A stretch of 64,000 nt of DNA from Candidatus Binataceae bacterium (lineage in GTDB: Bacteria; Desulfobacterota; Binatia; Binatales; Binataceae), in assembly GCA_035500095.1 (NCBI GenBank), contig DATJXN010000022.1, positions 34,561-98,560 of the forward strand. The letters run 5' to 3'. Both the position numbers and the translations under genes were made by a program. Below the pieces are notes generated by a model, which was not told where the DNA came from, ran no database searches, and saw only the letters and a program-made list of their open reading frames with translations. Of this stretch, positions 39,662 through 50,230 are shown piece after piece. Position 1 is the stretch's first letter, and the number at the start of each line of letters is the position of its first letter.

Positions 39662-40615
39662 TTACTTGGCGAAATAGCTGCGCGGATTCTCGACCATCAG
39701 CGTCTGGATTTTCTCCTCGCCGACGCCTGCCTTGCGCAACGCGGGCAGGATGTTCTTGAAGATGTGCGTCGGCTCCCAGTTGCGGATGCCCTGCTCGATC
39801 TCGGGCGTGAGATCGAGTCCGCGTCCGAGCCAGCACGCGACCGAGTCGTGCGAAAGCACGATCTGCTTCTCGAAGCCGATCCCCAGAAGCCCGATAAGCG
39901 CGGCCAGCCGCAGGCGGTCGGGATGGAGGAAGTCGAGTCCGAAGCGATCGAATCCCAGGTAACATCCGCGGTCGAGCATGTCGGTGTGATAGCGCAGGTC
40001 GGACGCGCCGCAGCTATGCCCGACGATCACGTGCTTGAGGTCGACGCCTTCGGCGGCAAAGATGTCGAGCTGCTCGCGTCCCATCGTGCCGTCGTCGGTA
40101 TGGGTAGTGATCGGCGCACCGGTCTTGAGATGCGCGCGCGCCGCGGCACGCAGGCACTTTTCCTCGTAGTCGGTGATTTTGTCCTTGGAGGTCGCGCATT
40201 TGATCACCCCCGCCTTCACGCCCGTACGCGCGATTCCTTCGGTCAGTTCGGCCACGTAAACGTCGGCGATCTCGTTGACCGGACGCTGCTTGAAGTAAGC
40301 GGTGTTGCCGAGATCCTCCTTGTACAGGCCGGTCGCGCAGATGAGCTGGATACCGGCGGCGCCGGCGGCCTCGGCCATGAAGTTGACGTCGCGTCCGATG
40401 TCCATCGGGCACGGATCGAGGAAGGTACCGAGTCCGAGGTCGCGCAATTCCTTGAGCCGCTCGGTGGCGAACTTGAGCGCCTGCTTGCGCTCGAAGCGCG
40501 GAGCAGTGCAGTCCAGTTCCCATCCGCCCCATCCGACCATCAGATGCTCGTGCATCAGCGTGGTACCGAGCTTGTCCGGCGTAGTAGTTCCGGTAACGGT
40601 GTTGATCGTTTTCAT
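39662..40615 (-). CDS. Phosphotriesterase-family (PTE/PHP) amidohydrolase-fold protein
   Basis: 317 aa. GTTLMHEHL (HxH metal site), later His/Asp ligands (ITTHTD, VIVGHS, LSHD). Confidence 0.8.
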   Translation of the reverse strand: MKTINTVTGTTTPDKLGTTLMHEHLMVGWGGWELDCTAPRFERKQALKFATERLKELRDLGLGTFLDPCPMDIGRDVNFMAEAAGAAGIQLICATGLYKEDLGNTAYFKQRPVNEIADVYVAELTEGIARTGVKAGVIKCATSKDKITDYEEKCLRAAARAHLKTGAPITTHTDDGTMGREQLDIFAAEGVDLKHVIVGHSCGASDLRYHTDMLDRGCYLGFDRFGLDFLHPDRLRLAALIGLLGIGFEKQIVLSHDSVACWLGRGLDLTPEIEQGIRNWEPTHIFKNILPALRKAGVGEEKIQTLMVENPRSYFAK

Positions 40616-40740
40616 GATCGCACCCTCCGCTCCATGCCGGCGCGCGGCGCCGGACGGATTATCGCAAACCTAGCGTCAGCGTCGCGTATTGGTCAAATGC
40701 GCGGGCAAAGCCGCGGCGCGGGCGCATTCGGCGGCGGCAC

Positions 40741-41286
40741 TCAGGCGTCGGCGTCGTCTGCGAACATCGAGTGGAGCAGGATGATCGCGACTCCGATCGT
40801 GATGGCGCTGTCGGCGAGATTAAAGACCGGGTAGCTCCACGAGTAGTAATGAACGTAGATGAAATCGACGACGCGCCCGCGCACGACGCGATCGAGCAGA
40901 TTGCCGGCCGCGCCGCCCAAGATCAGCGCAAAGGCCGCTGACACAATCGGGGGGCGCGCGCCGCGCGCGAGCAGCACACCGAGCACCACCACCGCCGCCG
41001 CGGCGAGCCCGTCGAGGATAATCCCGCGGACAGCCGGTCCCAGGGTCGCAAACAGGCTGAATGCGGCGCCCGAATTCAGAGTGTAAGTGATCGCAAGCCA
41101 GTGCGGCACGACGTCGATCTGCTCGAAAAGCTGCAGATGCCTGACGATGTAAACTTTGACCAACTGGTCGAGCAAGAAGACCGGCAGCGCGACAAGCCCG
41201 AGCATCGCAGCGAACCGGCGCCAATCCGTCGCCGCGCGGGCGCGCCGCGCGGTTTGCGCCGGCCCTTCGGGCAGCGCGGTCGTCAC
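40741..41286 (-). CDS. lspA: Lipoprotein signal peptidase (signal peptidase II)
   Basis: LDQLVK, NSGAAFSL and FNLADSAITIG motifs. GTG start overlaps the ileS stop (GTGA). Classic ileS-lspA arrangement. Confidence 0.92.
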   Translation of the reverse strand: MTTALPEGPAQTARRARAATDWRRFAAMLGLVALPVFLLDQLVKVYIVRHLQLFEQIDVVPHWLAITYTLNSGAAFSLFATLGPAVRGIILDGLAAAAVVVLGVLLARGARPPIVSAAFALILGGAAGNLLDRVVRGRVVDFIYVHYYSWSYPVFNLADSAITIGVAIILLHSMFADDADA

Positions 41287-44210
41287 GCGCCGAGCGCCTG
41301 CACTACCGCGCGGCAGCGCGGGTCCAGGTCGGAGCCGGAATCGTCGTCAAAGTACATCCAGCAGCGCTGGCACTTGCGTCCCGGCGCGCGGCGCCCGACC
41401 AGCACCAGCGGAGGCTTATGGCGCACGAAGCGGTGATCGATATGAAAGTCTTCAAGTCCGTCTGCGTGTTCCAAATATTGCCGAGCTTCCTTCTCTTCGA
41501 GAAGATCGACCTTTGAGACAATAAAAAGCTCTTTCAACAGCTCCATGTCTTCGCGAGGAAACGAATGTATTAAAGGCATTTCCGTGGTGGCGTCTGCCTT
41601 TACTTGACTAAAGACCTGCAATGCCGCTTCCAGCGGTGCCCCTATTTCTTGGTTCTGGCGCATTGTCTCAAGGAGCTTCAGAGCCTGTTCTCGAGCTTCC
41701 AGCAGAAATTTCCATCGTTTCTCGAACGCTTCGTCGCGCCATTCGGGATTGGCCGGCGCAAGCGTCAGCAGATGGACGCTCGCCGCGCGCTCTCCTGGCA
41801 TGTGCGAATAAATTTCGTCGGCGGTGAAAGGGACGAGCGTTGCGAGCATCCGCACCAGCGCGTCGAGCACATGATAGAGCGCGGTTTGCACCGAACGGCG
41901 CTCGGGCGAAGCTCCGGCGGCGCAATACAGCCGGTCGCGCGAGACGTCGATATAGAGCGAGCTCAGATCGACGACGACGAAATTGATTACTGCGTGGTAG
42001 GCGGCCTGGAAATCGTACTCCTCAAACGCGCTACGCACGTCTGCTTTGAGCCGCTCGGTGCGGGCCAGGATATAGCGGTCGAACCCGGTCATCCGATCGA
42101 GCGCCACCGCGTCGCGGGCCGGATCGAAGTCGGCAAGGTTGCCGAGGATATAGCGGCAGGTGTTGCGAATCTTGCGGTACGCTTCCGCGACCGCCGTGTA
42201 AACCGTGTCGCCAAGCGCGATTTCGGTGGTGTAGTCGAGCGAGGCGTACACCAGGCGCAGCACGTCGGCGCCAATCCGGTTCACCGCGTCGGCCGCGTCC
42301 TCGGAGTTGCCGAGCGACTTCGACATCTTGCGTCCCTGCTCGTCGACCGTGAGCCCATGGCTGATAACGGTGCGAAAGGGCGCATGGCCGCGCTCGGCGA
42401 CCGCGCAGGCGAGTGACGATCCGAACCATCCGCGCGCCTGCTCGACCGCTTCGAGGTAGGCGTCGGCGGGCCAGGTCAGCTCGGGGCGCTTGCCCAGCAC
42501 CGCGGCCTGCGAAGAGCCCGAATCGAACCATACGTCGAGCACGTCCTCCTCTTTCTCGAACGACGCGCCCTCGCATTTCTCGCACTTGAGTCCCGGCGGG
42601 AGAAAGTCACGCGCCGGGCGATTGAACCATGCGTCCGAACCCTCGCGTTCGAAGATTCGCTCGGCCGCGGCCATCACTTCGTCGTACAGGCCGACGTGGC
42701 CACACGCGGCGCATCGGAGCGCCGGAATGGGCACGCCCCACGCGCGCTGGCGCGAGAGGCACCAGTCGGGCCGGGTCTCGGTCATGTTGCGGATCCGGTC
42801 GCGCGACCACAGGGGGATCCATTGGACGGCGTCGATTTCCTCGATCACTCGCGTGCGCAGTCCGTCGTGATCGATCCGCATGAACCATTGCTCGGCGGCG
42901 AGGAAAATCAGCGGATTCTTGCAGCGCCAGCAATGCGGATAGCTATGCGAGAACTTGTGCGAATGGAGCAAGGCGCCGGCTGCGCCGAGTCTGGCGACAA
43001 TCGAATCGTTGGCCTTGAAAACATTCTGACCCGCCCACTCGCCGGCCTCCGCGGTGAAGTTGCCGGCCGTATCGACGGGCGTAAACGGCTTGAGCCCGTA
43101 CTGCGAGCCGACCACGAAGTCTTCGTAGCCGTGTCCGGGCGCGGTATGAACGAGGCCAGTGCCGGCATCGGCGGTGACATGGTCGCCGTACATCAGTTTT
43201 ACGTCGCGGTCGATAAACGGATGGCGAAAAATATCCTGTCCGTCGAGCGCCTTGAGCGCCTCGCGATCGAGCGCGACCGTTCTTTCGATCGTTAGCGAAC
43301 ATTCTTTTGCGACCGCCTCGGCCAGCCGCGCCTCGACCACGTAGTAACGATCGCTGGTCTTGATCGCGACGTACTCGAACGTCGGATTGAGGCTGATTCC
43401 CAGGTTGGCAGGGAGCGTCCACGGCGTGGTGGTCCAGACCACCGCAAAGAGCTTCCCCGCCTTGTGCGCGGCGGCGAGCTCCGCCCGATCCGAGGCGCCG
43501 GCGGCGAGCGGCGCCGCGTCGGGCAGGTTCGCGTTAAAAGCGAACGCGACATAAATGGACGGCGACACGTGCTCGCGGTACTCGACCTCGGCCTCGGCCA
43601 GGGCCGTGCGGTCGTTAAAGCACCAGTGCACCGGGCGCAGTCCGCGATAGACGTAGCCGCGCTCGACCAGGTTGCGGAGCACGCCGATCTCGGCGGCGTC
43701 GTACGCAGGATCCATCGTTATGTACGGATGGAACCAGTCGCCGATGCATCCCAGGCGCATGAAGTCTTTGCGCTGGAGGTCGATCCACTTCTCGGCCTCG
43801 ATCCGACAAAGCCTTCTCAGCTCGAGCTTGGGCAGCGCGCGCGCTCTCTCGCCGAGGTCGCGCGAGACCTTGAACTCGATCGGCATGCCGTGGCAGTCCC
43901 ATCCGGGCACGAACGGCGTCCGGAACCCCATCATCGCGCGCGAGCGCACGACGAAGTCCTTCAGCACCTTGTTGAGCGCGGTGCCCATGTGCACGCGGCC
44001 ATTGGCGTATGGCGGCCCGTCGTGCAGAACCCAGGCGGTCGCGTCCTTGCGCGCGGCGAGCAGGGTTTCGTAAAGCCGGATTTCCTCCCATCGCTTGAGC
44101 ATCTCGGGCTCCCGTTTGGGCAGATTCGCCTTCATCGGGAAGTCCGTCCTGGGAAGCTTCAGAGTGTTCTTGTAGTCGGTTGTTTTGTGCTCGGTCTCGG
44201 CCACAGGCAA
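41283..44210 (-). CDS. ileS: Isoleucine--tRNA ligase
   Basis: 975 aa. PPYANGRVHMGTALNK (HIGH-type), KMSKSLGN, editing domain, C-terminal zinc motif CQRCW. Confidence 0.97.
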   Translation of the reverse strand: MPVAETEHKTTDYKNTLKLPRTDFPMKANLPKREPEMLKRWEEIRLYETLLAARKDATAWVLHDGPPYANGRVHMGTALNKVLKDFVVRSRAMMGFRTPFVPGWDCHGMPIEFKVSRDLGERARALPKLELRRLCRIEAEKWIDLQRKDFMRLGCIGDWFHPYITMDPAYDAAEIGVLRNLVERGYVYRGLRPVHWCFNDRTALAEAEVEYREHVSPSIYVAFAFNANLPDAAPLAAGASDRAELAAAHKAGKLFAVVWTTTPWTLPANLGISLNPTFEYVAIKTSDRYYVVEARLAEAVAKECSLTIERTVALDREALKALDGQDIFRHPFIDRDVKLMYGDHVTADAGTGLVHTAPGHGYEDFVVGSQYGLKPFTPVDTAGNFTAEAGEWAGQNVFKANDSIVARLGAAGALLHSHKFSHSYPHCWRCKNPLIFLAAEQWFMRIDHDGLRTRVIEEIDAVQWIPLWSRDRIRNMTETRPDWCLSRQRAWGVPIPALRCAACGHVGLYDEVMAAAERIFEREGSDAWFNRPARDFLPPGLKCEKCEGASFEKEEDVLDVWFDSGSSQAAVLGKRPELTWPADAYLEAVEQARGWFGSSLACAVAERGHAPFRTVISHGLTVDEQGRKMSKSLGNSEDAADAVNRIGADVLRLVYASLDYTTEIALGDTVYTAVAEAYRKIRNTCRYILGNLADFDPARDAVALDRMTGFDRYILARTERLKADVRSAFEEYDFQAAYHAVINFVVVDLSSLYIDVSRDRLYCAAGASPERRSVQTALYHVLDALVRMLATLVPFTADEIYSHMPGERAASVHLLTLAPANPEWRDEAFEKRWKFLLEAREQALKLLETMRQNQEIGAPLEAALQVFSQVKADATTEMPLIHSFPREDMELLKELFIVSKVDLLEEKEARQYLEHADGLEDFHIDHRFVRHKPPLVLVGRRAPGRKCQRCWMYFDDDSGSDLDPRCRAVVQALGA

Positions 44211-44648
44211 AACGGCCGGCGTCGAAAGTCAGGGCGCCGGCCCCTCCACGTATCAGCATATTCTATCAGGTCGTCGTCATCGGCCGCGCGCCGCGACGGG
44301 AGCCGCGCCAGAGATTAACGCAACCGATGGGCGCGTGCGAGTGCGCGTTGGCTGGGCCGAGCGGGTCCGTTGCGATGCCTCACGGCCGAATTATCTGAAA
44401 ATTACCCGGAAGAAATCTTTCATCGCCTGCCATGAGCGATGGTCCGCTTCGGCCTTATAGGCGAGCGCGTTGGTGTCGTAATGGCCATGAAAGCTGACGA
44501 CGCCGTTGACCTCGGCGCCGCTACGCGGTTTTGATCGCGGCCCGCGCGTTACCCGCGGCCGCGAGCAGAAGAGCCGCAGCTCAGGATCGCGCTGGCCAAC
44601 CGCAAACGGCAGTGCGAGGCGAGCGGAGGAGAGGTCATCCCCAGGTCA

Positions 44649-45386
44649 TCAGGCGACCACGAATGTAACGAACGCCACAAACGTAATCCCGCCAAGGATG
44701 ACCGACGGCAGCACGGCCGCTCCCAGCGCGCGCCAGAGCGAGAAACGATGCACCTCGGCCACGCCGTTGAGCATCAGGATGAACGACCAGATCGAGATGA
44801 TCGCTTCGATGCCGCGCGTCACCGTGAAAGGGTTCTTCGCGGCTGCAAGCGCCTCGGCGGCGGCATTGGGGTCGGGCATCGAGAGGCCTAGCGCATTCCA
44901 GGTGCCGGTGCCCAGCAGGAGCAGCAACGTCACGGCGGAAAGACAGATTATCGGGACCGAGGACCACGCCACCGCCGCCCGCACCGTAACCGCGTTACCG
45001 GCGCCGCCGAGCGTGCGCCCGCTCCAGTCCAGCAGGAATGCGTTTATATAGAGCGTTAACACTCCGATCGCTGCGCCGAGAAACGGGCTCGCCAGCGTCA
45101 CGATCGGCAGGTACGCATTCAGCTGCGAATGTGCGGGAGCGACGGGGGAAAGTGCCATCGCGAGAAAGAAATTGGTCAGCGACAACCCACCGGCCAGCGC
45201 ACCCAGCATGATCACCTGGCTGGTCGGATCGCGGCTGACGATCTTTTTGATCGTCTCGCGCGGGCTCATCCAGATAGCGATCCACGGGTAGTCGAGAATC
45301 GTGAAGATACGATCGACGCCCTTGTCGCCAAGCCGGGCGTCGACAGTACCGAGCCTGTCAACTCTGAAACCTGGATTGTCTGCCAT
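44649..45386 (-). CDS. Yip1-family membrane protein
   Basis: From MADNPGFRVD...: a soluble N-terminus followed by five hydrophobic helices, giving a Yip1-like topology. ATG 45386 chosen (the track ORF begins at 45482). Confidence 0.55.
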   Translation of the reverse strand: MADNPGFRVDRLGTVDARLGDKGVDRIFTILDYPWIAIWMSPRETIKKIVSRDPTSQVIMLGALAGGLSLTNFFLAMALSPVAPAHSQLNAYLPIVTLASPFLGAAIGVLTLYINAFLLDWSGRTLGGAGNAVTVRAAVAWSSVPIICLSAVTLLLLLGTGTWNALGLSMPDPNAAAEALAAAKNPFTVTRGIEAIISIWSFILMLNGVAEVHRFSLWRALGAAVLPSVILGGITFVAFVTFVVA

Positions 45387-45586
45387 GGGCCCCCGCTCTC
45401 CGTCATGACGACAGTGACTGTCTAGAACGAATCTTATAGCTGGCGCAGCGCGGGGTCGATAGAAACTTGTAGATATTTGCAACTTTTAGGCGTCTGTTGA
45501 TTGCTGTCATATTCTTAGCCCGCTCTGGCAGTCTCTCGCTAATTATCGCGCATTCGGCAGGCATCAAGCTAAATCTACAGCACCGT

Positions 45587-45615
45587 TTGAAAACGAAATC
45601 CCGCTCCCCTATCAT
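45587..45615 (+). promoter_or_regulatory. Sigma70-like promoter candidate (TTGAAA-N17-TATCAT)
   Basis: TTGAAA at 45587-45592 and TATCAT at 45610-45615, about 50 nt upstream of the small ORF that heads the second CoA-transferase operon. Confidence 0.45.
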
Positions 45616-45662
45616 CGGTTTTCCCAAAGTCCCGGCTACTTTTTGGCCTCGCGCGGGTTACC

Positions 45663-45938
45663 ATGGCACTTAGAAAAGTCACCTTTTTCGACCATACCGG
45701 TCAGACCCTAGAACCCGTGGAAGAGGACGGTCAGGCCAAGCCCTGCGTGTTCGGCGTGCGATGGGTCAACCCGGACACGTTCGAGACGATCCGCGCACGC
45801 GGCGGCCGGCGTACAGGTCCGAGCGGTGAGGTAGTCAAGGAAATCAGACCGACGCGCGACCTTGGTCCGTTCGAACTCGGCAAGGGTCCGATCGAAATCG
45901 AAGGACTCGCGCGAGCGCCAATCAAGGCGGACAAATGA
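45663..45938 (+). CDS. Hypothetical small protein, translationally coupled to the CoA-transferase pair
   Basis: 91-aa ORF with coding-like composition. Its stop overlaps the next ATG (ATGA at 45935-45938). No recognisable domain. Confidence 0.5.
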   Translation: MALRKVTFFDHTGQTLEPVEEDGQAKPCVFGVRWVNPDTFETIRARGGRRTGPSGEVVKEIRPTRDLGPFELGKGPIEIEGLARAPIKADK

Positions 45939-47152
45939 ACGAGAACGGCGCGCTGGCCGGCCTGCGCGTCCTCGACCTGACCGATCTCAAGGGCCATCTG
46001 TGCGCCCGCCTGCTGGCCGACATGGGCGCCGACGTCATCAAGGTCGAACCGCCCGGCGGCGACGCAGCGCGCCGAATCGGACCTTTCGTCGACGACCGGC
46101 CGCATCGCGACCGCAGCCTCTTCTTCTGGTTCTACAACCTCAACAAGCGCTCGCTTACGCTCGACCTTAACCATCCCGAGGGTGCAGCGCTGATGCGCCG
46201 TCTGGCCGAGGGCGCCGACGTCGTGATCGAAAGCTTCCGGCCGGGCGAGATGGCGCGGATGGGCCTTGGATGGGAGGTGCTTCACGCGCTCAACCCGGCG
46301 CTGGGGTTATGTTCGATTGCGCCTTTCGGTCAAGGCGGCCCGTACCGCTCTTACGAGGCCGACGACAGCGTGCTGACCGCGCTATCGGGGATGCTTTATG
46401 TCAACGGCTTTCCGGACGCCGCGCCGGTGCGCCCGTTCGGCCTGCAGGCGTATCACTCGGCGTCGTACTACGCTGCGATTGCCACGATGTGCGCGCTACT
46501 CGCGCGCGACTCTTCGGGCCAGGGCCAATGGATCGACCTCAGCATGCAGGAAGCGACGGCGGCGGCGGTCGAGCACGTCGCACCGAGTTTCTTCGGAACG
46601 GGCGAGATCGAACGGCGCCGCGGCACCCTGCACTGGAGCCGTTTCTTCCGGGTCGGGCGATGCCGCGACGGGTACGTGATGCATTGCACGCTCGGCGACT
46701 GGACCTCGCTGGTCGAGTGGGTCAACGGCGACGGCAAGGCGCGCAACTTCGGCGACGACCTCACCGCTCCCGAGTGGGAAGAGGTGGGCAAGCGGCGCCA
46801 GGACGCCGAGCGTCTGTTCGACGTTCTCGACGAATGGGTCAAGGACTACGCGCGCGATGAATTGCTGGAACGCGCGCAGCTGCTGCGCCTGCCGTACGCC
46901 TCGGTGCGCAACCCCGAGGATCTCTTCGGGGACGAGCAACTTCTCGCGCGCGGCTACTTCCACGAGGTCGAGCATCCCGAACTCGGCCGCACCTTCCGCT
47001 ATCCCGGCGCGCCATACCTCTTCACCGGATCGCCGTGGCGTGTGACGCGCCGCCCGCCGCTCGCCGGCGAGCATACCGGCGAAATCCTGGGCGGTGAGCT
47101 TGGCCTTGGCGCCGACGAGCTCGCCGCGCTGGCCGCGCAGGGAGTGATCTGA
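45935..47152 (+). CDS. Family III (CaiB/BaiF) CoA-transferase, paralog lacking the catalytic-position Asp
   Basis: LRVLDLTDLKGHLCARLLADMGADVIKVEPPGGD. By eye alignment the Asp position reads QAYHSASYY (His in place of Asp). Confidence 0.8.
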   Translation: MNENGALAGLRVLDLTDLKGHLCARLLADMGADVIKVEPPGGDAARRIGPFVDDRPHRDRSLFFWFYNLNKRSLTLDLNHPEGAALMRRLAEGADVVIESFRPGEMARMGLGWEVLHALNPALGLCSIAPFGQGGPYRSYEADDSVLTALSGMLYVNGFPDAAPVRPFGLQAYHSASYYAAIATMCALLARDSSGQGQWIDLSMQEATAAAVEHVAPSFFGTGEIERRRGTLHWSRFFRVGRCRDGYVMHCTLGDWTSLVEWVNGDGKARNFGDDLTAPEWEEVGKRRQDAERLFDVLDEWVKDYARDELLERAQLLRLPYASVRNPEDLFGDEQLLARGYFHEVEHPELGRTFRYPGAPYLFTGSPWRVTRRPPLAGEHTGEILGGELGLGADELAALAAQGVI

Positions 47153-47154
47153 CG

Positions 47155-48363
47155 ATGGCTCCGATGGCGCTTGCGGGCGTGCGCATCCTCGACTTCACCT
47201 GGGTCGTCGCGGGTCCGGTCGCCACGCGGATTCTCGCCGACCAGGGCGCCGAGGTGATCAAGGTCGAGCGCGGCGACGAAAATACGATGAGCGTGCTCGG
47301 CCCGCGGCGGATCGGACTGCAAGGCGACCTGCATCGCAACAAGCGCTCGGCGGCAATCAACATGACCAGGCCGCGCGGTATCGAACTCGCACGCCGGCTC
47401 GCAGCGATGAGCGATCTGGTGATGGACAATTTTTCGGCGCGCGTGATGCGGATGTGGGGGCTGGACTATGCGAGCCTCGCGAAGATCAAGCCCGACATCA
47501 TAAGCATCAGCATGTCGGGGCTGGGACACACGGGGCCGCGAAGCAACTACGTAAGCTATGGGCCGACGCTGCAGGCCCTGGCCGGATTCACGCGGATGAT
47601 GGCCGACGCGCGCGGCGATCCCGTCGGTTACGGCTACTCGTACGCCGACATGGCCGGCGGCTACAGCGGCGCGCTCGCGGCGCTGATCGCGCTATGGCAT
47701 CGCAGACGCACCGGGCGCGGCCAGTTCGTCGATCTTTCGCAATTCGAGGCGCTGGCGAGCCTTGCCGGACCGGCGCTGCTCGATATCGCGGTCAACGGCC
47801 GCACCCAGGAGACGCCGGCGTGGCGTTCGCAGGAGGGGCCGGCCGCGCCGCACGGGGTCTATCGATGCCGTCCTCGCCGCAGCGACGACGATCGCTGGAT
47901 CGCGATCTCAGTGCGCTCGCAAGGCGAGTGGGAGCGTTTCGCGCGCGCGCTCGGCAATCCGGCGTGGACCGCTGAGCCGAGGTTCCGCACGCTGTTCCTC
48001 CGGATGCGCAGTCACGCAGAACTCGACGCCGAGATCGCGCGATGGGCTGCGACGGTTGACGCCGAGGCCGCGATGGCCCTGCTGCAGGAGGCGGGCGTCG
48101 CCGCCGGCGTCGCGCTCAACGGCGCCGACCTCGCCGCCGATCCGCACCTCACCGAGCGCGGCTTCTATGCGCCGGTCAAACTTCCCGACGGCTCATCGAC
48201 TCGCGTGACGGGCGTGCCGATGCGTCTTTCGGCGACGCCGGGATCGATCCGCAGCGTGGCGCCCGAGGTCGGCGAGGATAACGACTACATCCTGGGCGAG
48301 CTTTTGGGGCTAAGCCGCGCCGAGCGGGCGGAATTGATCGCAGAGGGCGTGGTCTGGGGTTGA
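47155..48363 (+). CDS. Family III (CaiB/BaiF) CoA-transferase
   Basis: [30 protein letters not shown]. Asp-containing segment [10 protein letters not shown]. Starts 2 nt after the upstream stop. Confidence 0.85.
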   Translation: MAPMALAGVRILDFTWVVAGPVATRILADQGAEVIKVERGDENTMSVLGPRRIGLQGDLHRNKRSAAINMTRPRGIELARRLAAMSDLVMDNFSARVMRMWGLDYASLAKIKPDIISISMSGLGHTGPRSNYVSYGPTLQALAGFTRMMADARGDPVGYGYSYADMAGGYSGALAALIALWHRRRTGRGQFVDLSQFEALASLAGPALLDIAVNGRTQETPAWRSQEGPAAPHGVYRCRPRRSDDDRWIAISVRSQGEWERFARALGNPAWTAEPRFRTLFLRMRSHAELDAEIARWAATVDAEAAMALLQEAGVAAGVALNGADLAADPHLTERGFYAPVKLPDGSSTRVTGVPMRLSATPGSIRSVAPEVGEDNDYILGELLGLSRAERAELIAEGVVWG

Positions 48364-48582
48364 TCTCGGTGACATCCTCCTGCGGCCGCCCAGGCGGTTC
48401 GCAGCGGCGGACCTGTCGGCGTGAAACCCGTAAAAAAATAGCGCGCCGGTGCAAATGCACCAACTCGCTCGCGCAGTGGCCGAAAGCGCTATTGCACCCG
48501 CGTCGTCATCAGCATGTATTAGGTATCGCTGTTGCTCCGGCTGAAAAAAGCGATGAAACAGCGACGGAGCGTATAGCGGCCA

Positions 48583-50114
48583 GTGTCAGCCAGCGTTCTC
48601 TCAAGCGCGCTTGCCGGGGTGGACGCGTTCCCGGTCGAAGTCGAGGTCGACATCTCGGGCGGGATGCCGCAGCTCAAAACCGTCGGCCTCGCCGAGGGCG
48701 CGGTGCGCGAGTCGCAGGAACGGGTCAAGGCGGCGATCAGAAATTCCGGTTACGAGTTTCCCAACCGCAAGATGTCGATCAATCTCGCGCCCGCCGACAC
48801 CCGCAAGGAAGGCTCGTGGTTCGATCTCCCGATCGCGCTCGCGATTCTGGCCGCCGCCGCGGCGCGCTCAACACCGAACGGATGCGCAGCCATCTGATCC
48901 AGGGCGAGCTTGCGCTCGACGGCCGGATCAAGGGAATCCGCGGCGCATTGCCGAGCGCGCTGCTGGCGCGCGCAAAACATTACGCCGGCATCATCCTGCC
49001 GCGCGAAAACGCCGCCGAGGCCTCGGTCGCCAGCAACGGCACGGCGGTGCTGGGAGTCGAAACGCTCCGCGAGGCGGTCGATTTCCTCGAGGGACTGCGC
49101 GAGCTCGAGCCCTACTCCTCCAACGTCGACGACCTGTTCGTCGCGGCAAGCTGCTACGACGTCGACTTCAGCGAGGTGCGCGGGCAGGAGCAGGCCAAGC
49201 GCGCCCTCGAGGTCGCCGCCGCCGGCGGCCATAACGTCCTGATGGTCGGGCCACCGGGGTCGGGCAAGACGATGCTGGCCAAGCGGCTGCCGACGATCCT
49301 GCCAGCCACGACCTTCGACGAGGCGATCGAAACCTCCAAGGTGCACAGCGTGGCGGGCCTGATGGACGGTCGGGCGCTAATCGCGACGCGGCCTTTCCGC
49401 GCCCCGCATCACACCATCTCCGACGCCGGTCTGATTGGCGGCGGCACGGTGCCGCGCCCGGGCGAAGTCAGCCTCGCGCACAACGGCGTGCTCTTCCTCG
49501 ACGAACTGCCCGAGTTTCGCAAGAACGTGATCGAGGTCCTGCGCCAGCCGCTCGAGGACCATCGCATCACCATCGCGCGGGTCATGGGCACGATGACGTT
49601 TCCGGCGAGCGTGATGCTGGTCGCCGCGATGAATCCCTGCCCGTGCGGCTTTTTCACCGACAGCCAGCGCGAATGCACCTGCGCGCCGCTGATGATTCAG
49701 CGCTACCGATCGCGCATCTCGGGCCCGCTGCTCGACCGGATCGACATCCACGTCGAGGTTCCCGCGGTCAAGTATCGCGAGTTGACCGCGCGCACTCCGG
49801 GCGAGACCTCGGCGGCGATTCGCGAACGGGTCAACGCCGCCCGCGGGGTGCAGCTCGCGCGCTACGCGGGCACGCGGATCTTCTGCAATGCGCAGATGGG
49901 CGCGCGCGAGCTGCATCAGCATTGCCAGGTCGAGGCCGCGGGCGAGCGGTTGCTCGAGCTCGCGATCAACCGGCTGGGGCTGAGCGCGCGCGCCAACACG
50001 CGCATCCTGAAGGTCGCGCGGACCTGCGCCGACCTCGACGGCGGCAAACCGATCGAGGCGCGCCACGTAAGCGAGGCGATCCGGTACCGTTCGCTCGACC
50101 GTCCCGCCGCCTAG
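48583..50114 (+). pseudogene. comM: Mg-chelatase-like ATPase ComM/YifB, interrupted by a frameshift near 48850-48862
   Basis: The N-terminal Lon-like domain ([48 protein letters not shown]...[12 protein letters not shown]) is in the 48583 frame. The rest ([21 protein letters not shown]..., [16 protein letters not shown]-terminal domain) is in the 48360 frame. The switch falls in the run GCCGCCGCCGCGGCGCG. Confidence 0.8.
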
Positions 50115-50230
50115 GCGAGCTTCTTTCTTCGCTTCTGCGCTCCGCCCTTCGTTACAGCTTCGGCATCCCGCCGCTTTTCGCTATACCTGCTTAAACCGCG
50201 TGCGGCGCCCCGAACACGCCGCGGCGGTCC

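Noticed and set aside
44211-44390. Leader regions of ileS (and of glyQS at 21551-21875) examined for T-box or other aminoacyl-tRNA-synthetase leaders.
   Set aside because: No specifier-loop or T-box consensus (AANNNGGGTGGTACCGCG-like) was seen. T-boxes are also not expected outside a few phyla.
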